DNA of 35,709 nucleotides. It comes from Pseudomonadota bacterium (GTDB lineage Bacteria > Pseudomonadota > Alphaproteobacteria > Rhodobacterales > Rhodobacteraceae). This document shows, piece by piece, positions 15,915-26,060 of the stretch. Below the pieces are notes generated by a model. It was not told where the DNA came from and made no database searches. It worked only from the letters and a program-made list of their open reading frames with translations. Both the position numbers and the translations under genes were made by a program. Where the stretch lies: assembly GCA_039814845.1 (NCBI GenBank), contig JBCCAJ010000001.1:1-35709 (forward strand). The letters run 5' to 3'. How positions within the stretch are numbered: position 1 is the stretch's first letter; each line of letters opens with the position of its first letter.

Positions 15915-16910
15915 ATGACAAAGATGTCTCATATTGAACTGTCACCCCAGGGCCGAGATCAGGCTCTGATAAAGGATGCGCTTGCCCATCAAGTCAGCGT
16001 CGTGATCCCATGCTATAACGCGGCACCCTGGGTCGCTCGGACCCTTGCCAGTGTTCAGGCCCAGGGCGATGTGGTGGCCGAGATCATCGTGGTTGACGAT
16101 GGTTCTACTGATGCCAGTCTTGATGTCTTGCAGCCCTTTGCGGCGGCGGGTGACATCACGCTTTTGACTGGGCCCAATGGCGGCGGCTCCCATGCGCGCA
16201 ACCGTGGCTTGGCTGAGGTCAAAGCGCCCTATGTGATGTTTCTGGATGCCGACGATGAGATTGACGGCGATATTCTGCGCGGCTCTGTACAGGCATCGCG
16301 GGCGCAGAAGGCGGATGTGGTGTTCTCACAGATGGAGATCCGGTTCACGGATGATACGCCTTCTCAGCTCAAGGGGCCGCTGGGCGGACCAGACCAGACC
16401 GAGCGTCAGATCTTTGAAGACTGGTTTGATGGTGGCTGGGTGAACCCCTCAGCGGTGGTCTGGCGTACCGCATTCGTGCGGGACATTGGCGGCTGGAACG
16501 AAGCGGCTTCGGTGGGCGATGACGGCGATCTGGTCCTGCGTGCGATGCTCGCGGACGCAGTGGCGGGACGTAATGAGCAAGGGCGCGGGGTCTATTATCG
16601 CGGCAATGCGGGGTCGGTGTCGCTCTCAGGCGGTGTGACGGGTGAAAAACTGTCGCTGCACATCGAGCAGATTCACGAGTTTTGCGAGGCCGCGCGCGCC
16701 AAGGGCTGGGGCGATAACCTGACGCGGAATTATGCAGCGCTCTATTTTCTGGGGCGCAAGGCGTTTCGTACCGGTCATCCAGAGCTGGGTCATCGCGCGC
16801 TGGCGGTGCTGCACGATGCCGGTCACCGGGGCCATCACGGCACCAAGATGCACAACCTTCTGGCCGGAGTGATCGGGCTGGAACGCAAGGTGCGCTGGTT
16901 CGGGTCCTGA
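15915..16910 (+). CDS. Glycosyltransferase family 2
   Basis: VSVVIPCYN, VVDDGSTD, ARNRGL and FLDADD motifs. Start trimmed to ATG 15915. Confidence 0.92.
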   Translation: MTKMSHIELSPQGRDQALIKDALAHQVSVVIPCYNAAPWVARTLASVQAQGDVVAEIIVVDDGSTDASLDVLQPFAAAGDITLLTGPNGGGSHARNRGLAEVKAPYVMFLDADDEIDGDILRGSVQASRAQKADVVFSQMEIRFTDDTPSQLKGPLGGPDQTERQIFEDWFDGGWVNPSAVVWRTAFVRDIGGWNEAASVGDDGDLVLRAMLADAVAGRNEQGRGVYYRGNAGSVSLSGGVTGEKLSLHIEQIHEFCEAARAKGWGDNLTRNYAALYFLGRKAFRTGHPELGHRALAVLHDAGHRGHHGTKMHNLLAGVIGLERKVRWFGS

Positions 16911-16932
16911 CCGCGAGGGCGTTTATGCGTCT

Positions 16933-18390
16933 CTATGTGGGCGCAACAGGGCGTTTGCGGATCTTGCCGCTGATCATCTTGCCGGCACGCGTTAGCTCCG
17001 CCATCAGCGGATGGCGCAGCAGATGCAGTGTGATCAGCCCCAGGAGGCCTGCCGCCACCAAACAGGCCAGCAAGACCGGGATCGACCCATCACCGAGGTC
17101 TGCGTATTTCCATAAGGCCACTGGGCTGAGCGAGACCGCGCAAAGCAGCAGGGTACGCATATAGAGCCGCCCCAGGTCTGCTGCACGCAGGTCCAGATGC
17201 GGTGCAATCACCACCCAGGTGATCACCACGTTCAACACGGCATTGATCAGGCGCGAGACGGCGAAGGCCTCCAGGCTCCAGTAAAGTGCGACCAGACCCA
17301 GACCCAGCGACAGCACCAGCTGTATCATGCGGGTCACGAACAACAGCCGCACCTTGCCGTAAGGCACCAGGATCTGATCGGGTTGCAACATGCCCGAGAT
17401 GATCATCTGTGAGGCCAGAAGCCAGGGCAGGATCACGGCAGCCTGGGTCCATTGCGGCCCCAGCATAAGCAGGATCAGCTCATGCGCCAGGACGCCCAGC
17501 AACGCATAGACCGGCCAAGTCAGCCCGATGGTGACGCCGATCAGATGTGCCACTTTGCCCCCCAGCGGGCGGCGCTGACGCACGTCTTCGGAGAAGGAAG
17601 ATAGCACCACGCGGCTCACGGGCATGATGATGGCGTTCCCGATCATGCCGGGCACGCGCACCGCGCGGTCATAAAGACCCGTCGCTGCCGGACCCAGCAG
17701 ACCGCCTACCAGGAGTTTGGTGCCCTCGCTGCTGGCCTGTGCGGCAATTGAGGCACCGGTCATCCAGCTGCCAAAGCCCAAGAGCAGACGCCAGCTTTCC
17801 AGACTGGGGCCCATGCTGAGCGGGCGGCGTTCGGCATAGGCTAAAAACACCGTGCGCAAGACGGCTTCGACCACCAGCCCCCAGACCAGCGCCATGGTGG
17901 AAAACCCCATAAACGCAAGGCCGATGGAGGTCAGGACAGAGACGAATTTCGAGGCCAGCGTGATGTGATGCAGCGCCTCAAAGCGCATGTCGCGGCGGAT
18001 GAGCGCCATCGCGGGCTGTTCAATCGGGAAGATCAGGATGACCAGCACAATCGGCACCAGCACATCCGCCAGCCCCGGCGCGCCAAACCAGCCCTCCAGC
18101 GGGTGGCGCAGCGCAAACAAGATCAGCGCGATGACACTGCACAGGACAATCGACATGCCAAAGATCGTGCGGATGGAGCTGTCCTGCAGCACCGGTTCGC
18201 GGATGAGGTAATTGGTCAGCCCCATTTCGCGCAGCGCCTGCAGCATCGTGACCAGCGACAGCGCAATGACGAACATGCCGACCTCTGCTGGTGTCAGCAG
18301 CCGTGCAATGATCACCATATTGATGATCTTCAGGAGCATCATGCCCCCTTGCTGGCTGAAGGACCAGAAAAACGAACGGCGTATTGTCAT
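16933..18390 (-). CDS. Wzx-type oligosaccharide flippase
   Basis: 'IARLLTP.E.G', many TM helices, 'LLG....GLY', 'LG.QW..AA.IL'. Confidence 0.9.
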   Translation of the reverse strand: MTIRRSFFWSFSQQGGMMLLKIINMVIIARLLTPAEVGMFVIALSLVTMLQALREMGLTNYLIREPVLQDSSIRTIFGMSIVLCSVIALILFALRHPLEGWFGAPGLADVLVPIVLVILIFPIEQPAMALIRRDMRFEALHHITLASKFVSVLTSIGLAFMGFSTMALVWGLVVEAVLRTVFLAYAERRPLSMGPSLESWRLLLGFGSWMTGASIAAQASSEGTKLLVGGLLGPAATGLYDRAVRVPGMIGNAIIMPVSRVVLSSFSEDVRQRRPLGGKVAHLIGVTIGLTWPVYALLGVLAHELILLMLGPQWTQAAVILPWLLASQMIISGMLQPDQILVPYGKVRLLFVTRMIQLVLSLGLGLVALYWSLEAFAVSRLINAVLNVVITWVVIAPHLDLRAADLGRLYMRTLLLCAVSLSPVALWKYADLGDGSIPVLLACLVAAGLLGLITLHLLRHPLMAELTRAGKMISGKIRKRPVAPT

Positions 18391-18403
18391 CAGGTGGCGG
18401 CTT

Positions 18404-19351
18404 TCAAGAGAAGTCCTGTCGGATCAGGCGCAAGGTGTCTTCCAGCCGGTCAAGCTGGGCGTTGAGCTGGGTCTCATCACTGAGATAGAAGCGTTCTTTT
18501 TGCACCGCTTTGAGTTTACGAACGGTAAGGGCGGCCTGGAGTTTATGGGCGGCTTTCACCAGCGGGCTGTGTGGTTTGCGCGCATGCGGATGCGGAGCGG
18601 CAGCCTTGGGGGCGTCATCCGGCGCATGAGATGTGGCTCTAACATGGTTTACAGGCTCTGATTTGCCGCGCATCTGACGCAACTTGCGGCGCAGGCTCTG
18701 CATTTGCTGGGGCAGGGGGGTGATCTCAAAGTCGAGCCCGATGCTGTCGCCCCAATCGTGCCATTTGAACTGGTTGAAGTTGGCATCCAGCGATACCCCA
18801 CACCAGGGCACGCGGTAGGCGTCTGCCAGGATCGCCCCATGCATGGATTCCGTGATCACCCGGCTGGCCCCTGCGATGGCACCGATGACTTCTTTGGCAT
18901 CCCTGCGGGGTGACAGGTAATCGATGCCGGCACGGGCACAGATGTCAGGCCAATCATAATCGGATTTCATGTCGCTGTCCCAATGCGGGATATAGACATC
19001 CCGGCCACTGCCGGGCGTGGGCGTGATCATATCAAGCCGTGTGATCAGGGCGGCAGGATCAATGATGCCCGCCTCGGGTGCCAGACCCAGCGCACGCGCT
19101 GTGCGCGGCCCCCGCACACAGCGGATGTCCCAGCCTGCGCGGTTGTCTGGAAAGGCCCCGTATCCGATGCCACTGCCCACCACCATATAGCTTGCAGGTG
19201 CGGGCATGGACGCGCTCAGCACGGTCCCGACCCCCATCAGCCAATGGGCGTGTTCCCAGTCTCTAAACCCGGGCAAAAGTGCATCCCATAGCCACAGGTT
19301 CAAGTCATCTCCAAAGTTTCCGGCGGGTGATTTCCAGTAATAGGGAATCAT
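18404..19351 (-). CDS. exoV: Polysaccharide pyruvyltransferase, ExoV-like
   Basis: MIPYYW....GNFGDDLNLWLW, VRGPRTA, SMHGAILADAYRVPW and FKW.DW motifs resemble succinoglycan ExoV. Confidence 0.85.
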   Translation of the reverse strand: MIPYYWKSPAGNFGDDLNLWLWDALLPGFRDWEHAHWLMGVGTVLSASMPAPASYMVVGSGIGYGAFPDNRAGWDIRCVRGPRTARALGLAPEAGIIDPAALITRLDMITPTPGSGRDVYIPHWDSDMKSDYDWPDICARAGIDYLSPRRDAKEVIGAIAGASRVITESMHGAILADAYRVPWCGVSLDANFNQFKWHDWGDSIGLDFEITPLPQQMQSLRRKLRQMRGKSEPVNHVRATSHAPDDAPKAAAPHPHARKPHSPLVKAAHKLQAALTVRKLKAVQKERFYLSDETQLNAQLDRLEDTLRLIRQDFS

Positions 19352-19530
19352 AAAGGTCGTCCTTTGCTCATGGCGCAGGTACCCAGACGCCCGTGCGGGA
19401 CATGCCGGATACGCACATTCATGAAGCTGTGCGCCGCATGCCATTCATATCTGGCCTTCCTATGACACATGTTGGACCTTTAGGTGAAGACGGTCCGCTG
19501 GACCAGCGTAGGCTTGCCGATGGGAGGCTC

Positions 19531-20595
19531 TCAGGCAGTTTGCTTGGGACGCATCCATCCGGTCACCTGTTTGCGCAGATCAAGCGCTGGTTTCTCCACC
19601 AGATGCCAGGACAGGATTGAGGGGACCAGCACCAGCGGCAGTGACAGGATGATGTTCTGCAAAGGTGTCATCGGCCCCCAGAGCCAGACCGCAAAGCCTT
19701 GCAGTGGGAAGGCGTAGATGTAGATGCCGTAGGAATAATCCCCCAGCTTGTTATAGGAGCGCAAGAGCGTGCCTTTGGGGATGTAAGCGGCCCAGAACAC
19801 CGCATATCCCAGCGCCAGCGTAAAGAGCGGACCATAGACCAGCGTACCCTTGGCAACCCATGCCAAAAGCGCCAGCACCGCAACACCCCAGATCGTCAGC
19901 GGCAGATAGCGCCGCCAGATATAGAACGCCGTGCCCACGCCAAAGGGAAACGCCAGGGTGATCAGGGCGTTGATCTTGGAATGCAGGCCCAGATCCACCA
20001 GCCGCACCCCGAAATAGAGACTAACATAGGCCACAAACACGGCCACCATGGCCCAGGGGCGCCCCAAAAGGCCCAGCACGCCCAGCACAAAGACCCCGCC
20101 ATAGCAGAGCACCTCATAGAGCAGCGTCCAAATCGAGCCTTCGATGTCGGTATAGGGCAAGTCTTCGAAGACGCCGGGCAGGTGGTATTGCACCGAGATC
20201 AGGGTGATGTTGCGCGCAATGAAGGTCCAGGTCTCGGTGTCGCCGAAATAGGCGGCGGGCGAGAGCGCGGTGACCAGCGGCCCCAACAGCAGCGCCACCG
20301 CCAGGATCGACACAATGAGCCCGGGCCAGAGCCGCAAGAACCGCGCCACGAGGAACTGCGTGCGCGAGCGGCCCCGCTCATAGCTTTGCGCGATGAGAAA
20401 TCCCGAGATCACGAAAAACGCATAGACCGAGATACTGCCGAGCGAGAACCCTGTGAGCGCGTAAAACGGCTGTGGCGTGTCCGGCCCGGAGGCGATGGGA
20501 TAGGCGTGGCTGACCAGAACAGCCACCGCAGCCACCGCGCGGATCAGGTTGAAATTATTGTCGCGGCTTTGGGCCACATCGTTCAGGCGTACCAT
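19531..20595 (-). CDS. Acyltransferase family 3 (membrane O-acyltransferase)
   Basis: 'R..AA..V..SH', 'FFVISGFLI', 'RFLRLWP', 'WTL.YE', 'GDYSYGIY' and 'SW.LVEKP' motifs. Confidence 0.93.
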   Translation of the reverse strand: MVRLNDVAQSRDNNFNLIRAVAAVAVLVSHAYPIASGPDTPQPFYALTGFSLGSISVYAFFVISGFLIAQSYERGRSRTQFLVARFLRLWPGLIVSILAVALLLGPLVTALSPAAYFGDTETWTFIARNITLISVQYHLPGVFEDLPYTDIEGSIWTLLYEVLCYGGVFVLGVLGLLGRPWAMVAVFVAYVSLYFGVRLVDLGLHSKINALITLAFPFGVGTAFYIWRRYLPLTIWGVAVLALLAWVAKGTLVYGPLFTLALGYAVFWAAYIPKGTLLRSYNKLGDYSYGIYIYAFPLQGFAVWLWGPMTPLQNIILSLPLVLVPSILSWHLVEKPALDLRKQVTGWMRPKQTA

Positions 20596-20688
20596 AACAG
20601 GGGGGCCTTTTTGTCAGCTAACATAAGGGTTTGCGCTGTGCGCGCTTATATGGGAAGACAGCGTTTCATGCAAAAGGAGTTTGACCAG

Positions 20689-21891
20689 ATGGGCAGGTTG
20701 CGTCCCTGGGTGGCCTGTGTGCGCGTCAATCGCCACGACAAGGCGTATTTCCTTCACCAATTGGATGGATTTTCCCAGATTGTCCCGCATTTGGTAACAT
20801 GGGATGACGCCCGCCCCGATGCGGAGCGCCGTGCGATGGCTCAGAATACCACCGCGTTAGAGGCACCTTGGCAGAGCTACTGGCGCTTTCCCGGTGGGCA
20901 TCGGTTGCTGACAATGGTGCGCCGGGTGCGCGGCAAGCTGATGCGCCGGCCGCTCAGCCCCGGTGCGGCGGAACGGGGTGCACTGCGGCGATTGGCCCAG
21001 GATGTACCGCCCGATGTGATCTATGCCCATACTGGTTTTGTGGGTCTGCGCCTGCTGCCACTGGCGCAGCGGCTCGGCGTGCCGTTGGTGGTACATTTCC
21101 ATGGGCTAGATTTGAATACGCCGGATCCGGTCTATCTGCGCCAGCTGCGCCATGATGTGCAGCATTTCGACCGCATCATTGTGGTGGGGGAATGGATGGT
21201 ACCGCCGCTGGTGGCCATGGGCTATGACTCCGCGCGCATCGCGCTGGTGCCGATGGGCGCACCGATGGCACATGTGCAGGCAAAAACAGACTCTGTGAAA
21301 CGGGATCCGGGTCGGACAGGCATTCGTTTCATCGCGGTGGGGCATATGATCCCCTACAAGGGGTTTGACCGGACCCTTGCCGCCTTTGCCCAGCTGGCCG
21401 CACGGCACAATGACGTGGAGCTGGTGCTGGTGGGCGATGGCTCAGAGCGCGCCGCGCTGGAGGAGGCCGCCCAAAGCGCAGGCGTCGCAGGGGCGGTTCG
21501 CTTTACCGGCACGCTGTCTTCGGATGCGACCTTGGGCGAGATGGCGCAGGCGGATGTGTTGCTGCACCACCCGGTGGATCATCCCGGGGGGCCAGAGGCC
21601 TTTGGTGTGGTGATCACCGAAGGCATGGCGTTGGGTCTGCCGGTGGTGGGATCGCGTTGTGGCGGGCTGCCCGATCAGATCATCGACACTGAGACTGGGT
21701 TTCTGGTCGATCAGGACGATGTGGCGGGCATGGCGGATGCTATGGCGCGGCTGGCAGAAGACGCTTCGCTGCGCGCGACTTTGGGCACTGCAGGCCAGGC
21801 CCGCGCCAAGAGCGCTTTTGACGCGCATGTGCTGGCGCGGCAGGCCGAGGATGTTCTGCTACAGGCAGCAGGCAAGGGCACCCAGCCTTAA
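20689..21891 (+). CDS. Glycosyltransferase family 4 (GT-B)
   Basis: HFHGLD, 'VG....KG', 'EAFGVVITEGMALGLPVV' motifs. RBS AAGGAG before ATG 20689; the longer ORF upstream is antisense overlap. Confidence 0.9.
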   Translation: MGRLRPWVACVRVNRHDKAYFLHQLDGFSQIVPHLVTWDDARPDAERRAMAQNTTALEAPWQSYWRFPGGHRLLTMVRRVRGKLMRRPLSPGAAERGALRRLAQDVPPDVIYAHTGFVGLRLLPLAQRLGVPLVVHFHGLDLNTPDPVYLRQLRHDVQHFDRIIVVGEWMVPPLVAMGYDSARIALVPMGAPMAHVQAKTDSVKRDPGRTGIRFIAVGHMIPYKGFDRTLAAFAQLAARHNDVELVLVGDGSERAALEEAAQSAGVAGAVRFTGTLSSDATLGEMAQADVLLHHPVDHPGGPEAFGVVITEGMALGLPVVGSRCGGLPDQIIDTETGFLVDQDDVAGMADAMARLAEDASLRATLGTAGQARAKSAFDAHVLARQAEDVLLQAAGKGTQP

Positions 21892-21997
21892 ACCTCAGCG
21901 TAGGGGGCCATGATTTTCTCTGCCCCCAGCTTCATCTTTCCAATAAACTCAAATCCCGCACCGGGCCCCACACACCTACAGATGCGTGATGCCGTGG

Positions 21998-22825
21998 TCA
22001 GTAGTACCCGTAGCCTTGGGTTTCATCGGGGAAACGACAGCTGTTGAGAACCATGCCGAGCACATTGGTATACTTGGCAATCTCTTTTTCGCAGGTGTCG
22101 ATCTGGCTCGACTTGCTGTCCTCGGCGCGCAGGATCAACAGCGTGCAATCGACGTTCTTCAGGAAGGCACGGGTGTCGTCCCCGGTCAGGAGCGGCGGCA
22201 GATCAAAGATCATCAGATCGGGCCGGTAGGCGGCTTCGATCTCGTCGAACTGTTCTGTGGTGGATTTGTCCAGCAGCAGGCTGGTTGGATCAGGGTTTGA
22301 GGTGCGCGCCATCGAGATGGCAAGATTGTCACCCACCCGCATCGCCTGACTGTCGAAATCCACCATACCGTCGAGCACGTCGCAGATGTCATGCTGCGGC
22401 GTATAGCCCAGGGTATGGGCAACACCAGGCCGGCGCAGGTCGAGGTCAAAGAGCATCGCACTCAGATCCGGCTGGCGCGTCATGCCAAGGGCGAGGTTGC
22501 AGGCGACGGTGGTCTTGCCACAGCTGGGCTGCGGCGAGGTGATCGCAAGCCGGGTCCAGCCTTTCTCGCGCATCTGCAACAGCACCTTGGTGCGCAGGAT
22601 GTCAAAGGAGGTTGCTGCCTGCCCGGCGGTCATGGTGACCACACGGTTGCGGGTCAGCACGCGCTGATCCAGCGTCAACGGCGTCAGCGTAGCCCAGCCG
22701 CCATGGGAGCGCGAGCGGTCAGCTTGTGGCGTATCCACGCTGGGCGGAGGGCTGGGCGGCGCGGCTTTCGCCTCGGTATCACGTTTTTCGCGCGCATTCT
22801 TGATGGCGTTTTGTAGCTTTTCCAT
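21998..22825 (-). CDS. CpsD/CapB family bacterial tyrosine kinase (Wzc C-terminal part)
   Basis: ITSP....GKT, DLDLRRP, FDLPP motifs; C-terminal GYGYY. Confidence 0.92.
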   Translation of the reverse strand: MEKLQNAIKNAREKRDTEAKAAPPSPPPSVDTPQADRSRSHGGWATLTPLTLDQRVLTRNRVVTMTAGQAATSFDILRTKVLLQMREKGWTRLAITSPQPSCGKTTVACNLALGMTRQPDLSAMLFDLDLRRPGVAHTLGYTPQHDICDVLDGMVDFDSQAMRVGDNLAISMARTSNPDPTSLLLDKSTTEQFDEIEAAYRPDLMIFDLPPLLTGDDTRAFLKNVDCTLLILRAEDSKSSQIDTCEKEIAKYTNVLGMVLNSCRFPDETQGYGYY

Positions 22826-22837
22826 GGGTGCGCTCCG

Positions 22838-24361
22838 TCAAAGGCCGATTTGCTGCAAGAGCCTGCTGTAGATCAGATCAAGCGGCCGGTAATAGGTATC
22901 GATAGCCCAGAGCGCCACCGGCACGGCAACGATCACCGCCAACAGCAAGGTCAGCTTTAACAGCCGCCGGGTCCAGAACTGGCGGCGGGTCTGCATGTAG
23001 GGAATGGTCGCCAGGGGTGTGACGCCAAGCGAGGCGGTCAGTTCCACGGGGCGGCGGATGGTACGGTTGAGCATCTCAAGCAGGATAAACAGCGCCGCCA
23101 TCGCGCCCAGACCCGCACCGACACCGCCCATCGCCACCAGTGGGCGGTTCGGGCTGGAGGGACGGTTGGGCACGCTGGCCTGTTCGATCACGGTGATGCG
23201 CTGGCCGCGTGCGGAAAGCTCGATCTGTTCACTGACCTGGGCCTGATCGCGGCGGGCGATGGATTGGTTATACTGCAGCTGTGCGTTGGTGTAATCGCGT
23301 TCCAGCGCGTCCAACGCGATGCCATTTGCCGCCGTGCGCTCGATCGAGGCGCGCAGCTCTGTCAGCTCGGACTTGTCGTCGGCCAGGGTTTCCTCGCGCA
23401 GCTCGATCTGACTGTCAATTTGCGCCAGTGCGATGTTGAGAATGCTCTCCTGCGAGGTGTCCTCGCCGCCGGAATTGGCACCTGCTTCGGCGGCGACCTC
23501 TGCCTCAAGCTGCGAGATCTGGGTCAGCAGCACGCGCACCCGCGGGTTGGTGTCGGAATAGACCAGACGCTGGCTTTCGAGCTGGCCGCGCAACTGCGCC
23601 AGACGCCGCTCTGCCGGGGACAGCTGCTGTTCCTCGGCGGCCTGCACGCGTCCGGTCGCTTCATAGACCTGAATGATACGGTTGCGCTGATCCTGCAGAC
23701 CCGCGATTTCGCGCTCGGAGCGTGAGACGCGTTCCTGCACCAGGCTTTCGCGGTTGAGCCGGTAATCCAGGCTGTCAGGCAGCGCGCCCGCATTGGCGGA
23801 TTTGAATGCCACGATACGCTCACTCTGCAGGTCCAGCTCGGTGTTGAGCCGATCGACCTCTTGCGTGAAGAACTGCAGCGTGCTTTCGGCGCGGCCTGTA
23901 CGCAGGCGGGTGTTTTCATTCAGCACCAGTGTCACATAGTCGTTGACCACGGCGGCCACGACCTGCGGATCACCGGCCTTGAATTCGATGGCCATGAGCG
24001 TTGCGCGGTTGCGCCCGCTGGAGCGGCGGATCTCGGTCGCGCCCCGCATGCCTTCGACAATCGTATCAGGGCTTGCGCCGCGCGGAAAAACATCGCGGCG
24101 GTTGGCAATGTCGATGAGATTGGCACGGGTCATCAGACGGTTTTGAATAACTTCGAGCTGCTCGGCCCCATTGGTTTGCAGCGTGCCAGGCAGATCCGAG
24201 ATCTGCGGCGCTTCCACCAGCATGCGCGCGGTGGCCATATAGGTGGTGGGCAGCTTGATCGCCAAGGCGACGCCGATGCCTGCACAGACGAGAAACAGGG
24301 CCGCCATCACAGGCAGCCGGCGCAGGAACAGGGTCCAGTAGAATTTCAGATCAAAGGTCAT
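22838..24361 (-). CDS. Polysaccharide co-polymerase / chain-length determinant (GumC/Wzc N-terminal part)
   Basis: Two terminal TM regions, long coiled coil, 'A..P..PSSPNR' motif. Confidence 0.9.
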   Translation of the reverse strand: MTFDLKFYWTLFLRRLPVMAALFLVCAGIGVALAIKLPTTYMATARMLVEAPQISDLPGTLQTNGAEQLEVIQNRLMTRANLIDIANRRDVFPRGASPDTIVEGMRGATEIRRSSGRNRATLMAIEFKAGDPQVVAAVVNDYVTLVLNENTRLRTGRAESTLQFFTQEVDRLNTELDLQSERIVAFKSANAGALPDSLDYRLNRESLVQERVSRSEREIAGLQDQRNRIIQVYEATGRVQAAEEQQLSPAERRLAQLRGQLESQRLVYSDTNPRVRVLLTQISQLEAEVAAEAGANSGGEDTSQESILNIALAQIDSQIELREETLADDKSELTELRASIERTAANGIALDALERDYTNAQLQYNQSIARRDQAQVSEQIELSARGQRITVIEQASVPNRPSSPNRPLVAMGGVGAGLGAMAALFILLEMLNRTIRRPVELTASLGVTPLATIPYMQTRRQFWTRRLLKLTLLLAVIVAVPVALWAIDTYYRPLDLIYSRLLQQIGL

Positions 24362-25485
24362 TCTGCAGCATTTCCGTGCTTGTCGATGCGGTTGGTCAGA
24401 TAGAGCGGCTCCACATTGGAGACGCGGGGCTTGTGCGGGCCAGTATCATGAAGGTCAGTATCGTGAAGAGGTTTGACCTTTTGTGGTCCTGGGCTTTGCG
24501 GGTGCGGATTTTGCGGACGCGGTACCTGGGGGTGGGCGACCTGCACGGCGGGTTCCGCCGGGGGTGCCTCGCGGGCCATGGTGCGCGGCGGATCATCAGG
24601 CGGCGGCGGGCGGTCTGCGCTCTGTGCTGCGTTCTTGAGGCTGTCTTCTTGAGTGGGGCGATGCGTCTTGATCAGCAAGCCATCGCGCAACAGTTCCTTG
24701 ATCGTGGTCAGCCCGACCTGCTTGCGCCCGGCACTGGCCGCATAGACGAGACCCAGATCGCACAGCTTGTTCACAATGCGTGGGATGCCGTCTGATTGCT
24801 CAAAGATCATCTTGATCGCCTGCGGGCTGAATTCACTGCCGGTGCCACCCACATAGGTGAGCCGGTGATGGATATAGTCGCGGGTGGTGCGCTGGTCCAT
24901 CGGATCAATGTGGTAGGTGGCGGAGACCCGCTGAGCAAACTGGCGCAGCTCGGGCCGCGAGATCATATCGCGCAGTTCCGGCTGGCCGACCAGCACCAGC
25001 TGCAACAGTTCATCCTTGCCGGCGTTGATGTTGGTGAGCATCCGCAGCTCTTCCAAAAGCTCCACCGGCAGGTTCTGCGCTTCATCAATGACCAGCACGA
25101 TGCGCCGGCCCTGGCTGTATTCCTCAATCAGGAAATCCTGGAACTCCTGAAACAGGGCAACGTAATCGGCACCGGGATTGACCCGTACATCGAGCGCATT
25201 CAAGACCCAGCGCATCAGATCGCCGCGCCCCCCCTGGGCGTTGGAAATCAGCCCGACGACCACGTCGTCTTCCAGCGTGTAAAGAAGCGCCTGTACCAGC
25301 GTGGTTTTGCCGGTCCCAACCTCGCCCGTTACCACGGTAAGCGGCGCACGGGTCATCAAACCATATTCAAGGATCGCGAAGGCGCGTGAATGGGCGGGGG
25401 ACCAGAACAGAAAGCTGGGGTCAGGCAGCAGCGTAAAAGGCCGCTCCGAGAACCCAAAGACATCGTTATATAGGTCAATGCTCAC
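24358..25485 (-). CDS. ExeA-family AAA ATPase (exosortase-system associated type) with Pro-rich tail
   Basis: 'FG....PF...PDP.FL', GEVGTGKT, IDEAQNL, LVGQPEL and 'GIPR.VN.LCD' motifs; stop overlaps the next start (ATGA). Confidence 0.9.
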   Translation of the reverse strand: MSIDLYNDVFGFSERPFTLLPDPSFLFWSPAHSRAFAILEYGLMTRAPLTVVTGEVGTGKTTLVQALLYTLEDDVVVGLISNAQGGRGDLMRWVLNALDVRVNPGADYVALFQEFQDFLIEEYSQGRRIVLVIDEAQNLPVELLEELRMLTNINAGKDELLQLVLVGQPELRDMISRPELRQFAQRVSATYHIDPMDQRTTRDYIHHRLTYVGGTGSEFSPQAIKMIFEQSDGIPRIVNKLCDLGLVYAASAGRKQVGLTTIKELLRDGLLIKTHRPTQEDSLKNAAQSADRPPPPDDPPRTMAREAPPAEPAVQVAHPQVPRPQNPHPQSPGPQKVKPLHDTDLHDTGPHKPRVSNVEPLYLTNRIDKHGNAAE

Positions 25486-26060
25486 TGCTTCATATACCCG
25501 CAATCGTACTCGCTTAAATCATCCGGCGCTTACGTCACCCGGTGCATGCGTCATATTGCACCTGCAGAAATTTTACACGCCTTGAAACCTGACAATGATG
25601 TCATTTCTAAGGCGAAAGTCCAGCAGCGCCCTGTCTGGCTTGGTCTGTGTCCCTTGATACGCGATTCGCACGTATGATGAGGTATCGCGTCAATGTTTCC
25701 AAAATAGCAACAGAGTGACCTATTGGGATCCCTTTATCTTTTAGGCAAAATTGGGGCGCAATTTTAGGTTGCAGAATCGCCATGGCAGCGTCAGATTTGC
25801 TGGCCAAATCGCCACATATTTGGGCTTTTCTGTGGAAATTAACCAGTGTTTTCAAAGATGCGTTTTTCCCCTTTGATAAAAAACTGACTAAACGTTAAAC
25901 AAAAGGCCATGGGTTGGGGGCGTGGATCTTCTGGGGAGAACAGCGCTGTCCTATATCGTATCGAGTAAGGCATTTTTTTGTCTGGTTACAACGTTTTGAC
26001 AAACCGGCACTTTCCCCTGTGCCGAATTTTAGGAGCTGGCTTTACTGCCGGGATGCTGCT

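Noticed and set aside
19699-20688. N-terminal 330 aa of the 730-aa ORF (apparent GT4 fusion)
   Set aside because: Mostly the antisense shadow of the acyltransferase; a strong RBS supports a start at 20689.
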